In this document: positions 1 through 8,739 of the stretch, one piece after another | Numbering within the stretch: position 1 is the stretch's first letter | How the letters are laid out: each line of letters starts with the position of its first letter | Source: Candidatus Latescibacterota bacterium | GTDB taxonomy: Bacteria > Latescibacterota > UBA2968 > UBA8231 | Length of the DNA stretch: 64,000 nucleotides | NCBI GenBank assembly: GCA_965243025.1 | Contig: CBDETY010000003.1 | Coordinates: 5,856,001 to 5,920,000 of the forward strand | Direction: 5' to 3' | Position numbers and translations under genes: made by a program | The notes under the pieces: generated by a model | What the model was told of the DNA's origin: nothing | The model's input: the letters and a program-made list of their open reading frames with translations, nothing else | The model's database searches: none

Positions 1-122
1 AAGAGAGGTCTTTAGATTAAACTGGCTGTAACGTTCTCCCACCGTTTCGTTTCCGGTCCGGGCCCCATCTCCGCTACTCCCCTCCGAGATCCGGCGCCGG
101 GCTTGAACGGACTTCCGTCGAC

Positions 123-2414
123 ATGGACCTGGTAGAGCCGATTCCTCCCGAACTCGAGGGGCACCTGCGCCGCAAGCTGCGCCCCGGCGAACTGCTGATG
201 GTGTTGCTGTCGTCGGACATCTCGCAGCAGGGCCGCTTCGACAGCTCCTGGCTGGCGATGACGGACGAGCGCCTCATGGTGCTGCGCTCGAACGGCGCCG
301 GCATGGAGGAACTGGAGGAGGTCCCCCTCGCCGACATCGAGAAGGTTCGCACCAGGAGCTACGTCGGCAACGGCACCCTCGTCGTCGACCTGCCGGGGGA
401 AAGCCGCGAGATCGTGCGCTTCTCCCAGGGAGCGTTCTACAAGTTCTCCGCGGTTCCCCAGGTCGTCGAGGCCGCCCTCGTGCATCCGGCCGCCGAGGAA
501 TCCCCCGGCGAGGACGCCTCTCCGATACGCCGCGTCGAGTACTGCCGGACCTGCGGCCGCGCCCTGCGTTCGGGCTCGGCGGTATGCCCGAACTGCATCC
601 GCAAGACCGAGACCTTCTGGCGGCTGCTCTCGTACATCCGACCGTACAAACGGATCGCCGCCGCCGGTTTCCTGCTGACCGTCACAGTCACCGCCATCAG
701 CCTGCTGCCGCCGCTCCTGAACGAGAAGCTGATAGACGACGTTCTCACCCCGGTCATTATCGAGTACACCAGCCTCGAGAAAAGCGGCGCCTCCCTCGAG
801 GGCTGGAGTCCCCCCGCCGAAGCGGTGACGCTGCTGGGCTGGATCGTCCTCGGCCTGCTGGGAATCCACCTCGGTCGCACCCTGCTCAACAGCATGCGCA
901 GCTACAGCCTCGGGTGGCTCGGGCAGCGCGTGGTGTACGACCTGCAGACGGAGATCTTCGAGTACCTGCAGTTCCTGTCGCTGAGCTTTTACAGCCGCAT
1001 GAGCACCGGCCGGGTGATGAACCGCGTCACCGGGGACACCGACCGCATGCGCCTGTTCGTCACGCGCGGCTTTCAGGACATGGTGATCTCGGGCCTCACG
1101 GTCGTCGGGATCGGCGCCGTGCTGCTCTACAAGAACTGGCAGCTGGCCCTGCTGGCACTGGTGCCGACCTCGATGATCGCCGTGGGGACGGTCTTCTACA
1201 CGCGGCGCGTGCACTGGGTCTACCACACGATCTGGCGCCGCGTCGCCACGCTCAACGCCCACCTCGCCGACACCATCCCCGGCGTCAAGGTGGTCAAGGC
1301 GTTCGCCCAGGAGGACCGGGAGCGCAGGCGCTTCGACCGGCGCAACGACCAGCTCGTCGAAGCGCGCATGGCGTCGGTGAGGATGCGCTCCCTTTTCCTG
1401 CCCGGCATCGCCTTCTTCACCTCGGTTGGATCGGTGGTTCTCTGGTGGTTCGGCGGCCATCGCGTCCTCAACGCGACGCTGACCCTCGGCGAGCTGCAGG
1501 CGTTCATCACCTACATGATGATGTTCTACAGACCGGTGGGGGAGCTGTGCACGCTCTCCGACGACCTCGAGTCGGCCGCCACCTCGGCGGAACGGGTGTT
1601 CGAGATCCTCGACACCGAACCCGATGTCGTCGACGCCCCCGGCGCCGTCGACCCCGGGGTCATCGACGGCCGCGTCGAGTTCCGCGACGTCAGCTTCACC
1701 TACGACGGTTTCGCGCGCATCCTCGACCGCGTCTCCTTCACGGCCGAGCCCGGGGAGATGATCGGCATCGTCGGACCGAGCGGGGCCGGCAAGTCGACGC
1801 TGGTCAACCTCGTCTCGCGGTTCTACGACGCCACCGACGGGGCGGTCCTGATCGACGGCATCCCGGTCGCGGAGATGAAGCAGCAGCGGCTGCGCGCCCA
1901 GGTCGGGGTAGTGCTGCAGGAGCCGCTGCTGTTCCAGGGCACCATCGCCGAGAACATCGGCTACGGCAGCCCGCAAGCGCGGCCGGAGGAGGTGATCGCC
2001 GCGGCGAGAGCGGCCAACGCCCACCAGTTCATCATGAACTTTCCCGACGGCTACGACACCGAGGTGGGGGAGCGCGGGGGGCGGCTGTCGGGCGGCGAGC
2101 GCCAGCGGATCTCCATCGCCCGGGCCCTGATCGGCGACCCGCGCATCCTGATCCTCGACGAGGCGACCAGCTCCGTCGACACCGAAACGGAGTACGAGAT
2201 CCAGGAGGCCCTGGAGAGACTGATCGCCGACCGCACCACCTTTGCCATCGCCCACCGGCTTTCGACCCTCAAGAACGCCGACCGCCTGCTGGTGCTGGAG
2301 CGCGGCCGGGTGGCCGAAGTCGGCACCCACGCCGAGCTGCTCGAGCGCGAGGACGGGGTCTACCGCAGGCTCGTCGACATGCAGTCGGAGCTCGCCAGGG
2401 TGCGGGCGCTGTAG
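123..2414 (+). CDS. ABC transporter permease/ATP-binding protein with N-terminal extension and Zn-ribbon
   Basis: Walker A GPSGAGKST, signature LSGGERQR, Walker B ILILDEATS, TM domain; CRTC...CPNC ribbon before the TMD. Confidence 0.93.
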   Translation: MDLVEPIPPELEGHLRRKLRPGELLMVLLSSDISQQGRFDSSWLAMTDERLMVLRSNGAGMEELEEVPLADIEKVRTRSYVGNGTLVVDLPGESREIVRFSQGAFYKFSAVPQVVEAALVHPAAEESPGEDASPIRRVEYCRTCGRALRSGSAVCPNCIRKTETFWRLLSYIRPYKRIAAAGFLLTVTVTAISLLPPLLNEKLIDDVLTPVIIEYTSLEKSGASLEGWSPPAEAVTLLGWIVLGLLGIHLGRTLLNSMRSYSLGWLGQRVVYDLQTEIFEYLQFLSLSFYSRMSTGRVMNRVTGDTDRMRLFVTRGFQDMVISGLTVVGIGAVLLYKNWQLALLALVPTSMIAVGTVFYTRRVHWVYHTIWRRVATLNAHLADTIPGVKVVKAFAQEDRERRRFDRRNDQLVEARMASVRMRSLFLPGIAFFTSVGSVVLWWFGGHRVLNATLTLGELQAFITYMMMFYRPVGELCTLSDDLESAATSAERVFEILDTEPDVVDAPGAVDPGVIDGRVEFRDVSFTYDGFARILDRVSFTAEPGEMIGIVGPSGAGKSTLVNLVSRFYDATDGAVLIDGIPVAEMKQQRLRAQVGVVLQEPLLFQGTIAENIGYGSPQARPEEVIAAARAANAHQFIMNFPDGYDTEVGERGGRLSGGERQRISIARALIGDPRILILDEATSSVDTETEYEIQEALERLIADRTTFAIAHRLSTLKNADRLLVLERGRVAEVGTHAELLEREDGVYRRLVDMQSELARVRAL

Positions 2415-2425
2415 GAGAGGATGCA

Positions 2426-2920
2426 ATGGCCGGGCGGCAAACCGACGGTTCCATGCTGGATGAGACAGAGGTGAGGCTGGCGCGCAACGCCGCCGGTCAG
2501 TTATGCCTGTCGGCGGCGGGGAAATCTTTCGCCGACGTCGGGGTGCGCCGCGCCTTTCCGCTGGAACACCCTTTCCGCTACATCTCCTTCATGGACGGGG
2601 AAGGGACGGAAATCGGGATGATCCGCGATCTCGAGGGGCTGGAACCGGCGAGCCGGGAGATGCTGAGAGAGGCGCTGCACCGCACCTACTTCCTCCCGGT
2701 GGTCGAGGCGATCCCCCATATCCGGGAGGAGTACGGCGTCATCCTCGCCGACCTGGAGACCTCCAGCGGCCCGCGGCGGATCGAGATCCGCGGCTACCGC
2801 CGCAACGTCCGCCCCCTGTCCCGGGGCCGCGCCCTGATCGAGGACGTCGACGGCAACCGCTACGAGCTGCGCGACTGGCCCCGGCTGCCGAAGCGGACCC
2901 GCGAGATACTGGGTCTGTAG
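2426..2920 (+). CDS. DUF1854-like protein
   Basis: ATG 2426 after GGAGAGG; RRAFPLEHPFRYIS...EIGMI...LIEDVDGNRYE resembles DUF1854, the usual partner of this ABC type. Confidence 0.8.
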   Translation: MAGRQTDGSMLDETEVRLARNAAGQLCLSAAGKSFADVGVRRAFPLEHPFRYISFMDGEGTEIGMIRDLEGLEPASREMLREALHRTYFLPVVEAIPHIREEYGVILADLETSSGPRRIEIRGYRRNVRPLSRGRALIEDVDGNRYELRDWPRLPKRTREILGL

Positions 2921-2977
2921 GCAAAGGTCCTGCCGCGGCCGGCGGCAGCGTTCTTCCGGGAAAGGGCCGGCCCGGGA

Positions 2978-3796
2978 TCAGCTCCCGCCGGCGAAGAAGC
3001 CCCGCATCTTCTCCATGCCGACGCGCACCGTTTCCTCCGGGTCGCGCGCCCACCACTCGCGGTTGAACAGCTCGAGCGAGACGTACCCCGAGTAGCCGCT
3101 GGCGACGGCCTGCCGTTCGATCTCCCGCAGCGGCCCGGCGCCGTCGCCGGGCATGACGCGGTCGGCGTCCCCCTGCTGCGGCAGCGGGGGCTTCGGGGGG
3201 ACGTCGTTCCAGTGCCAGATGGCGACGCGGTCGCCGGGGACGGAGGCGATCTCCGCGGCCGAGCCGCCCCCGCGCAGGATATGGAAGGGGTCCATCACCA
3301 CCCGGGCTTCGGGATGGTCCGCGGCGCGGGCGATCTCCCAGGCCTGCGTTATGGTGTGGACCGAGCCTGCGAACCCGAGAAACTCCATCGCCGGCCAAAT
3401 CCGGAACTGCTCCCCGAGCTCGATCAGCTCCCGGTACTGCTCGCCGGCTGCGCCGAGGTCGCACGGCTCCAGGGGCGGCGAGGCGACGATGCCCCCAGCC
3501 CCGATGGCCGCGGCCTGCTCCATGCGCCTCCCGGCTTCGGCCAGGGCGGCGGCGTGCTCCTCTCCGCGGGAGCCGAGCCAGCCGTGCACGGCGATGACCC
3601 CGGGGACCTCGAGGCCGCCCTCCTCCAGCGCCCCGCGAACCTCGGCGAGGGACCCCCCGGCCTGGAGGAAGGCGTCGATGTCGTCGCTCCACAGCTCGAT
3701 GGCGACGAAACCGGCCCCGGAAGCGAGGCGGATCTTGTCGAGCAGCGGGACGGGCCGGATGGTGCTGGTGTTGAGACAGTACTGGAAACGCGGCAT
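2978..3796 (-). CDS. sugar phosphate isomerase/epimerase (xylose isomerase-like TIM barrel)
   Basis: CLNTSTIR, IELW, AMEFLGF, MDPFH, HWND, DRVMPGDG, SLELFN motifs; start chosen at MPRFQY. Confidence 0.85.
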   Translation of the reverse strand: MPRFQYCLNTSTIRPVPLLDKIRLASGAGFVAIELWSDDIDAFLQAGGSLAEVRGALEEGGLEVPGVIAVHGWLGSRGEEHAAALAEAGRRMEQAAAIGAGGIVASPPLEPCDLGAAGEQYRELIELGEQFRIWPAMEFLGFAGSVHTITQAWEIARAADHPEARVVMDPFHILRGGGSAAEIASVPGDRVAIWHWNDVPPKPPLPQQGDADRVMPGDGAGPLREIERQAVASGYSGYVSLELFNREWWARDPEETVRVGMEKMRGFFAGGS

Positions 3797-3831
3797 CGGG
3801 ATCTCCAGCGTGGGGAGGCGGACCGGTTCGG

Positions 3832-4854
3832 TCAGGCGACGTGCAGGTAGTCGCGGCCCTCGGCGAGGGCCGCGCGCTGAAGCTCGCGGCGAATCTCGCC
3901 CCGGGCACCCCGCGAGGCAACCGCGGCCAGCAGCATCGGGTTGCGGCAGCGGCGCCAGCGCCCGGCGAACTCCCCTGCCGAAATGATGGCGACCCGGCGC
4001 AGGGTGCGGCCGATCTTGGCCGGGTCGATGTCGATGAAGGCGGCGAGGGGGCATCCACCCCTGACCAGGTGCTTGGAAAGGCGCCTGCCGGTCTTTCCCG
4101 CGCCCCAGATGAAGACGGCGTCGCGCCCCCGCAGCGGCCCTGCGAGCAGGTAGTGGGCCTTGGCGCGGAGGAAGTTCTCAACGGAGTAACGGCCGTCGGT
4201 GCGGGTGAGGCGTCCGGGGTGCTCGCGCCAGCGCAGCAACACCTCGGGGACCTTGGCGAAGCGGACCCCGGCGGCGGCGAGGCGCAGCCACAGATCGTAG
4301 TCCTCGGCCCAGCCGCGGTCCTCGTATCCCCCGGCTTCCTCCAGGACGCTCCGGCGAACGCAGGCGCCGGGGTGGGTGATCGGGCTTTCGACGAAGATCT
4401 CCCTGACGATCTCCTCGTGGGTCCGCAGCCGGTTCTGCCATTCGAGGTACAGGCGCATGCCCTCGCCGACCTGCCCCGGCGGGAATCCCTCGACCAGACA
4501 GCCGGCGACCCCGAGCCCGGGGTCGTCCCGAAGCATTTCCAGCTGCTTCTCCAGGCGTTCCGGGAGCGAGACGTCGTCGGCGTCCATGCGGGCGACGAAG
4601 GGAGCGCGGCAGTGACGCAGGCCGGCGTTGAGCGCCGCGACCAGGCCGCCGTGTTCCCGGGCCACGGGGCGGACGCGGAGGTCGCGGGAGGCCGCCTCCC
4701 GCAGGATGCGCCCGCTTGCGTCTTCGGAGCCGTCGTCGACGGCGACGATCTCGATATCGTGCAGGGTCTGCCCGCAGATGCTTCGCAGCGCCTCGGCAAG
4801 GGTCTCTTCGGCGTTGTGCACCGGCATCAGTACGGAAACCCGTGGCTGGGACAT
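3832..4854 (-). CDS. glycosyltransferase family 2
   Basis: VSVLMPVHN, VDDGSED, ARMDADD, AEDYDLW; C-terminal IWGAGKTG. Confidence 0.92.
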   Translation of the reverse strand: MSQPRVSVLMPVHNAEETLAEALRSICGQTLHDIEIVAVDDGSEDASGRILREAASRDLRVRPVAREHGGLVAALNAGLRHCRAPFVARMDADDVSLPERLEKQLEMLRDDPGLGVAGCLVEGFPPGQVGEGMRLYLEWQNRLRTHEEIVREIFVESPITHPGACVRRSVLEEAGGYEDRGWAEDYDLWLRLAAAGVRFAKVPEVLLRWREHPGRLTRTDGRYSVENFLRAKAHYLLAGPLRGRDAVFIWGAGKTGRRLSKHLVRGGCPLAAFIDIDPAKIGRTLRRVAIISAGEFAGRWRRCRNPMLLAAVASRGARGEIRRELQRAALAEGRDYLHVA

Positions 4855-5083
4855 GTCAGTTTTCAGCCGAGGCCGTGAATGGAAGCAGAAGCAGGGTGAA
4901 CTTCACCTTTCGGACTCGAGCCGGGAATGGCAACGAAAGGGCCGAACGGGGTCGGGGAAGGCAGGCATGCGATCCCGGCCGATGGACCGTTGCGGTTTTG
5001 CGAGTATGCGGGTCCGGCATCTATGCGGCCAGCACCTATATTGAATGGCTCGGCAAGTAACGGGAAAACCAGCAAGGGTCTCC

Positions 5084-5845
5084 GTGATCCACCTGAAATC
5101 CGCCAGGGAAATCGAGAAGATACGCGCCAGCTGCCGCATCGCCGCCGAGGCGATGATGCGGGTCCGGGAGGCTGTCGCTCCGGGAGTGAGCACCGCCGAG
5201 CTGGACGCCGTGGCCGACTCCTACATCCGCAGCCGGGGGGCCGTGGCAAGCGCCAAGGGATACCGCGGCTACCCGGCCAGTATCTGCGTCTCGATCAACG
5301 AGGTCATCGTCCACGGGATTCCCGGCCGGCGCCGGCTCGTCGAAGGGGATATCGTCGCCGTCGACATCGCGGTCAGGAAGGACGGCTTCCACGGCGACAT
5401 GAACGTCTCCTTCGCGGTCGGCGAGACCTCGGGCGAGGCGCGCGACCTGCTGATGACGACCCGCGAGGGGATGGAGATCGGCCTGCGCGCCTGCGAGGCC
5501 GGCAGGCGGCTCGGGGATGTCGGCCACGCGATCCAGGAGTTCGTCGAAGGCAGGGGCTACTCGATCGTGCGGGAATACTGCGGCCACGGCATCGGCCGGG
5601 ATTTCCACGAGGAGCCCCAGCTGCTGCATTTCGGCACCCCGGAAACGGGGCGGCGGCTGCAGCCTGGCGTCGTGTTCACGGTTGAGCCGATGGTCAACGC
5701 CGGCGGGCCGGAGGTGCGCCTCCTCGACGACGAGTGGACCGCGGTTACCATGGACGGAAGCCTCTCCGCCCAGTTCGAGCACACCGTGGCGGTGACCGCG
5801 GACGGCCCCGACGTGCTGTCGCGATTCGACGACCTGCCGTTCTGA
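5084..5845 (+). CDS. map: type I methionine aminopeptidase
   Basis: ICVSINEVIVHGIP, DGFHGD, YCGHGIG, FTVEPMVN, SAQFEHT; GTG start at 5084 inferred. Confidence 0.95.
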   Translation: MIHLKSAREIEKIRASCRIAAEAMMRVREAVAPGVSTAELDAVADSYIRSRGAVASAKGYRGYPASICVSINEVIVHGIPGRRRLVEGDIVAVDIAVRKDGFHGDMNVSFAVGETSGEARDLLMTTREGMEIGLRACEAGRRLGDVGHAIQEFVEGRGYSIVREYCGHGIGRDFHEEPQLLHFGTPETGRRLQPGVVFTVEPMVNAGGPEVRLLDDEWTAVTMDGSLSAQFEHTVAVTADGPDVLSRFDDLPF

Positions 5846-6021
5846 ACGGCGTTTGCCGAATCCCGGGCGGCTCCTAGATTTTGTCGTTGCAATCCGTTAC
5901 CGGAGTTCAGGCATCGGCCGCGTCAGCCCGGAGAGAACGCGGCCCCGGGCTGCAGGATGGATGCAGGCCCGGCCCGGGCCTCGACTGCCGGGATGGCACC
6001 CAAGCGAAAAAGGAAACCGAG

Positions 6022-6300
6022 ATGGCGCAGAATTTACGGTCCCGCAACGATGAGGAAGCGACCGATTTTTCGACCTTCGATTCGGGAAGCACACGCGAGC
6101 TGGAAGTGGAGGACGTCTGCTGCATCACCGGCGAGGAGGTGCAGGCCAGCTTCTGCCGGTTCCCCGACTATCGGCGCGGAACGATGATGGTGATGTCGAA
6201 GAAGCATGCCATCGAGCACCTGCGAAAAGGAACCACCATCGAGAAGTTCAAGGAGGTCCTGGTCGAGCGACACGGAGAAGAGGTCCTCGAGGAATACTGA
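6022..6300 (+). CDS. small hypothetical protein (92 aa)
   Basis: ATG after AAGGA; coding-like GC3 codon bias; no recognisable family. Confidence 0.65.
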   Translation: MAQNLRSRNDEEATDFSTFDSGSTRELEVEDVCCITGEEVQASFCRFPDYRRGTMMVMSKKHAIEHLRKGTTIEKFKEVLVERHGEEVLEEY

Positions 6301-6425
6301 CCGAGGAAACAGCCGACGGCGCTCCCGGCGCCTTCCTCCAGCGCGACCGGAAGCCGCCGGCCAGCCCGGCCTGCGGTCGCCCCCGCTCCCTTCCCACCCG
6401 ATTCCCCGCCGCTCCCGCGGCGGTT

Positions 6426-6965
6426 TCAGACCCTGTCCAGCAACATCTGAATCTCCTCCCCCAGTGCGGAGAAGGGGGAGAAGCGCCCCGACCGGTCGCG
6501 CGGCACCCCGCGGTGCACGGTCCGGGTTTCGCCGTTCTGGTCGATGACGATCGTCAGCGGTATGGCTACCATCGGGGAAGAATCGTAGTTGCGCACCCAG
6601 CGCATGTCCGCGTCGTAGTAGATCGGATAGTTGATTCCGTACTCCGCCATGAAGCGGAGCAGCCTGGCGTCTATCTGCCCGGGCGTGCCGTGTTCGCTCA
6701 TTGCGATTCCGACGATGGCGACGTCGTCCTCGGCGAACCCCTGGCGCAGCTTGACGAGGTCGGGGATTTCGATGCGGCAGGGCCCGCACCAGGTCGCCCA
6801 GAAATTTATCACGAGCACCTTGCCCCTGTGGGCTTCCGGCCTGAAGTCGGCGGCGTCGCCGACGGCGCCGGTCTTCGGCGCAGGGGCCGTCTCCGTGGTG
6901 TCGGCGCCGCTGCAGCCGGATACCCCGAGGAGGGCGGCCAGAAGGGGAGGGAAAAAGTGCTTCAT
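6426..6965 (-). CDS. TlpA-family thiol-disulfide reductase lipoprotein
   Basis: INFWATWCGPCRIEIP; signal peptide with VSGC lipobox. Confidence 0.9.
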   Translation of the reverse strand: MKHFFPPLLAALLGVSGCSGADTTETAPAPKTGAVGDAADFRPEAHRGKVLVINFWATWCGPCRIEIPDLVKLRQGFAEDDVAIVGIAMSEHGTPGQIDARLLRFMAEYGINYPIYYDADMRWVRNYDSSPMVAIPLTIVIDQNGETRTVHRGVPRDRSGRFSPFSALGEEIQMLLDRV

Positions 6966-7417
6966 CCCGGTGCGGCGTGCGGTTGCTCCATGCATGGCGT
7001 CGAATATATGGGCGGCCAATGGGGGCGGCCACCGATGGGCAGGCGCAAACCCGGGGGGGATGCCGCCTCACACGCCGACGTTCGCAACGCCGCCGGGACG
7101 ATCGCCGGTCGGTGGCCTCGACCGCCGGACTCACCCGGCTCGGCAGGGGTGCGCCTGCCGCTGCTCGAAAGCCGCCGTCTCGTTGCTCAACCGCATTCTC
7201 GCACTCGAGCTCGAATCACAGGAGGGCAAGTCCACACCGTCTGTCCCGGTGCCGTCCGCATACCGACCTGCCTCTCAGCGCACCGGTTGTCCGAGTGCGA
7301 GCCGCAGTGCGCCGCGGTTGTTGATCTATATTGAGTTTGAGGAGAGACTCCCGCCGTCCTGGCCGGCAACGGTGCTGACAACTCATCCCGCCAGGCGGTC
7401 TCGGGAGGTGGTCGAGT

Positions 7418-8653
7418 ATGAGTGAGTCTTCTCGTTTTGCCTCGCCCACGTCGGGCTTCGAGCTCAGCGAGCTCCTCGGCAGGCTGCGCGGGACGTTCTG
7501 GGCGAGCTTCGGCCTCGGAGCGCTCCTGCACCTGGCGCTGGTAGCCGTCGATCCCTTCAGGGACCAGGCTGCCAAAGCGCCCAGGCCGCTGACCACCAGA
7601 TTCATCAAGAGAGAGCCTCGGCTGACCAAGCCGCTGGAGTTGCGCAAGATACCTCAGCCCAGGAGGCAGATGGTCAGGCGCAAGGTTGGGTTGGCGCCGG
7701 CCCGCATGGACCAGGTACGGGCGACGGCGGCCTTCAACACGGGAGCGGTGATCGGGCAGGTCGCCCATCCCGGAGTGATTCTGGTCCGGGAATCCGCGCT
7801 ACCCTCTCCCGACCTCGAACCGCGGGCGGTGTCCCTCGCGCAGTTGGCGGGAACGCGGACGCCCGGGAACAAGATCGACATGGCTCTCGAGATGATGGAT
7901 ATCAACGCCATGGACACGGGACGCTATCGCTCCATGGTCATCCAGGACCCCAACGATCCCCAGGGGGTTACCGGCTTCGTGAAGCTGGCCCAGGTTCTTT
8001 CCGCCCGCTCAATAGAAGCGGGGCAAAGTGGGAGCTACAGCAGCATCCGAACCGCGGACATGGACATCCTGCGCGACATGCTGAACGAGTACACCGGCAT
8101 CAAGGGCGAATATGCCGGCATGATCACGTATGACGACGAGCGCATGATGGAGGTGCCGATCCTGGTTCCACTGGGCACCCCCAACGAGAGTGAACTGGAG
8201 GCCCTGTCCCGCTATCTGCTGGCCGGCGGGTTCGTCATGGGGCCTTTGTGGCCAAGGGCGAACGAAGAGCAGCAGAACCGGTCGATCCGCCTGCTCTCGG
8301 AGGCGCTGGAGAAATACGGCGGCCTGGTCCAGGGCCGGGACTTCTGGACCGAACGGATCCCGGACAGGCACCCGATCTATTCCGCCTTCTTCGATGTAAG
8401 GGGTGGCATGGTCTCCGGGTACGGCACCAAACTGGCGAGCGGCAAGCAGGGCGTACCCAGCTGGCCGGCGTTGACCGGCTATTACGTGAAAGGCCGGCTC
8501 GCCGGGATCTCCTCCAGGCAAGGCACGGGTTGGCTCGACCACACGGCCAGCGGCGACGGCTCACGCCAGCTGCAGATGGCCGTCAACATCATCGTCTTCG
8601 CGTTGACTCAGGAAGGGTCGATGACCCAGCGCCTCATGCAGATGGTCAACTGA
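7418..8653 (+). CDS. DUF4159-like membrane-anchored protein
   Basis: GGAGG RBS; N-terminal TM; C-terminal YLLAGGFV...HPIYSAFFD...GRLAG...AVNIIVFALTQEGS. Confidence 0.7.
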   Translation: MSESSRFASPTSGFELSELLGRLRGTFWASFGLGALLHLALVAVDPFRDQAAKAPRPLTTRFIKREPRLTKPLELRKIPQPRRQMVRRKVGLAPARMDQVRATAAFNTGAVIGQVAHPGVILVRESALPSPDLEPRAVSLAQLAGTRTPGNKIDMALEMMDINAMDTGRYRSMVIQDPNDPQGVTGFVKLAQVLSARSIEAGQSGSYSSIRTADMDILRDMLNEYTGIKGEYAGMITYDDERMMEVPILVPLGTPNESELEALSRYLLAGGFVMGPLWPRANEEQQNRSIRLLSEALEKYGGLVQGRDFWTERIPDRHPIYSAFFDVRGGMVSGYGTKLASGKQGVPSWPALTGYYVKGRLAGISSRQGTGWLDHTASGDGSRQLQMAVNIIVFALTQEGSMTQRLMQMVN

Positions 8654-8739
8654 TCGTCCGCACTTAAGTGGACGCCGGGTTCTGCACCCCGCATAGCGGC
8701 AGCGATTGCTTGTGTACAGGCAGGCCTGTCGAGACCGGC

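Noticed and set aside
6298-6330. Other TGA stops checked for selenocysteine read-through (e.g. 5843, 6298, 47451)
   Set aside because: The downstream frames are not protein-like, and these proteins appear complete.
7363-7380. SAM-I riboswitch-like CCGGCAAC...GGTGCT
   Set aside because: The ATC..GAG P1/P2 core is missing, and the downstream gene is unrelated to sulfur metabolism.
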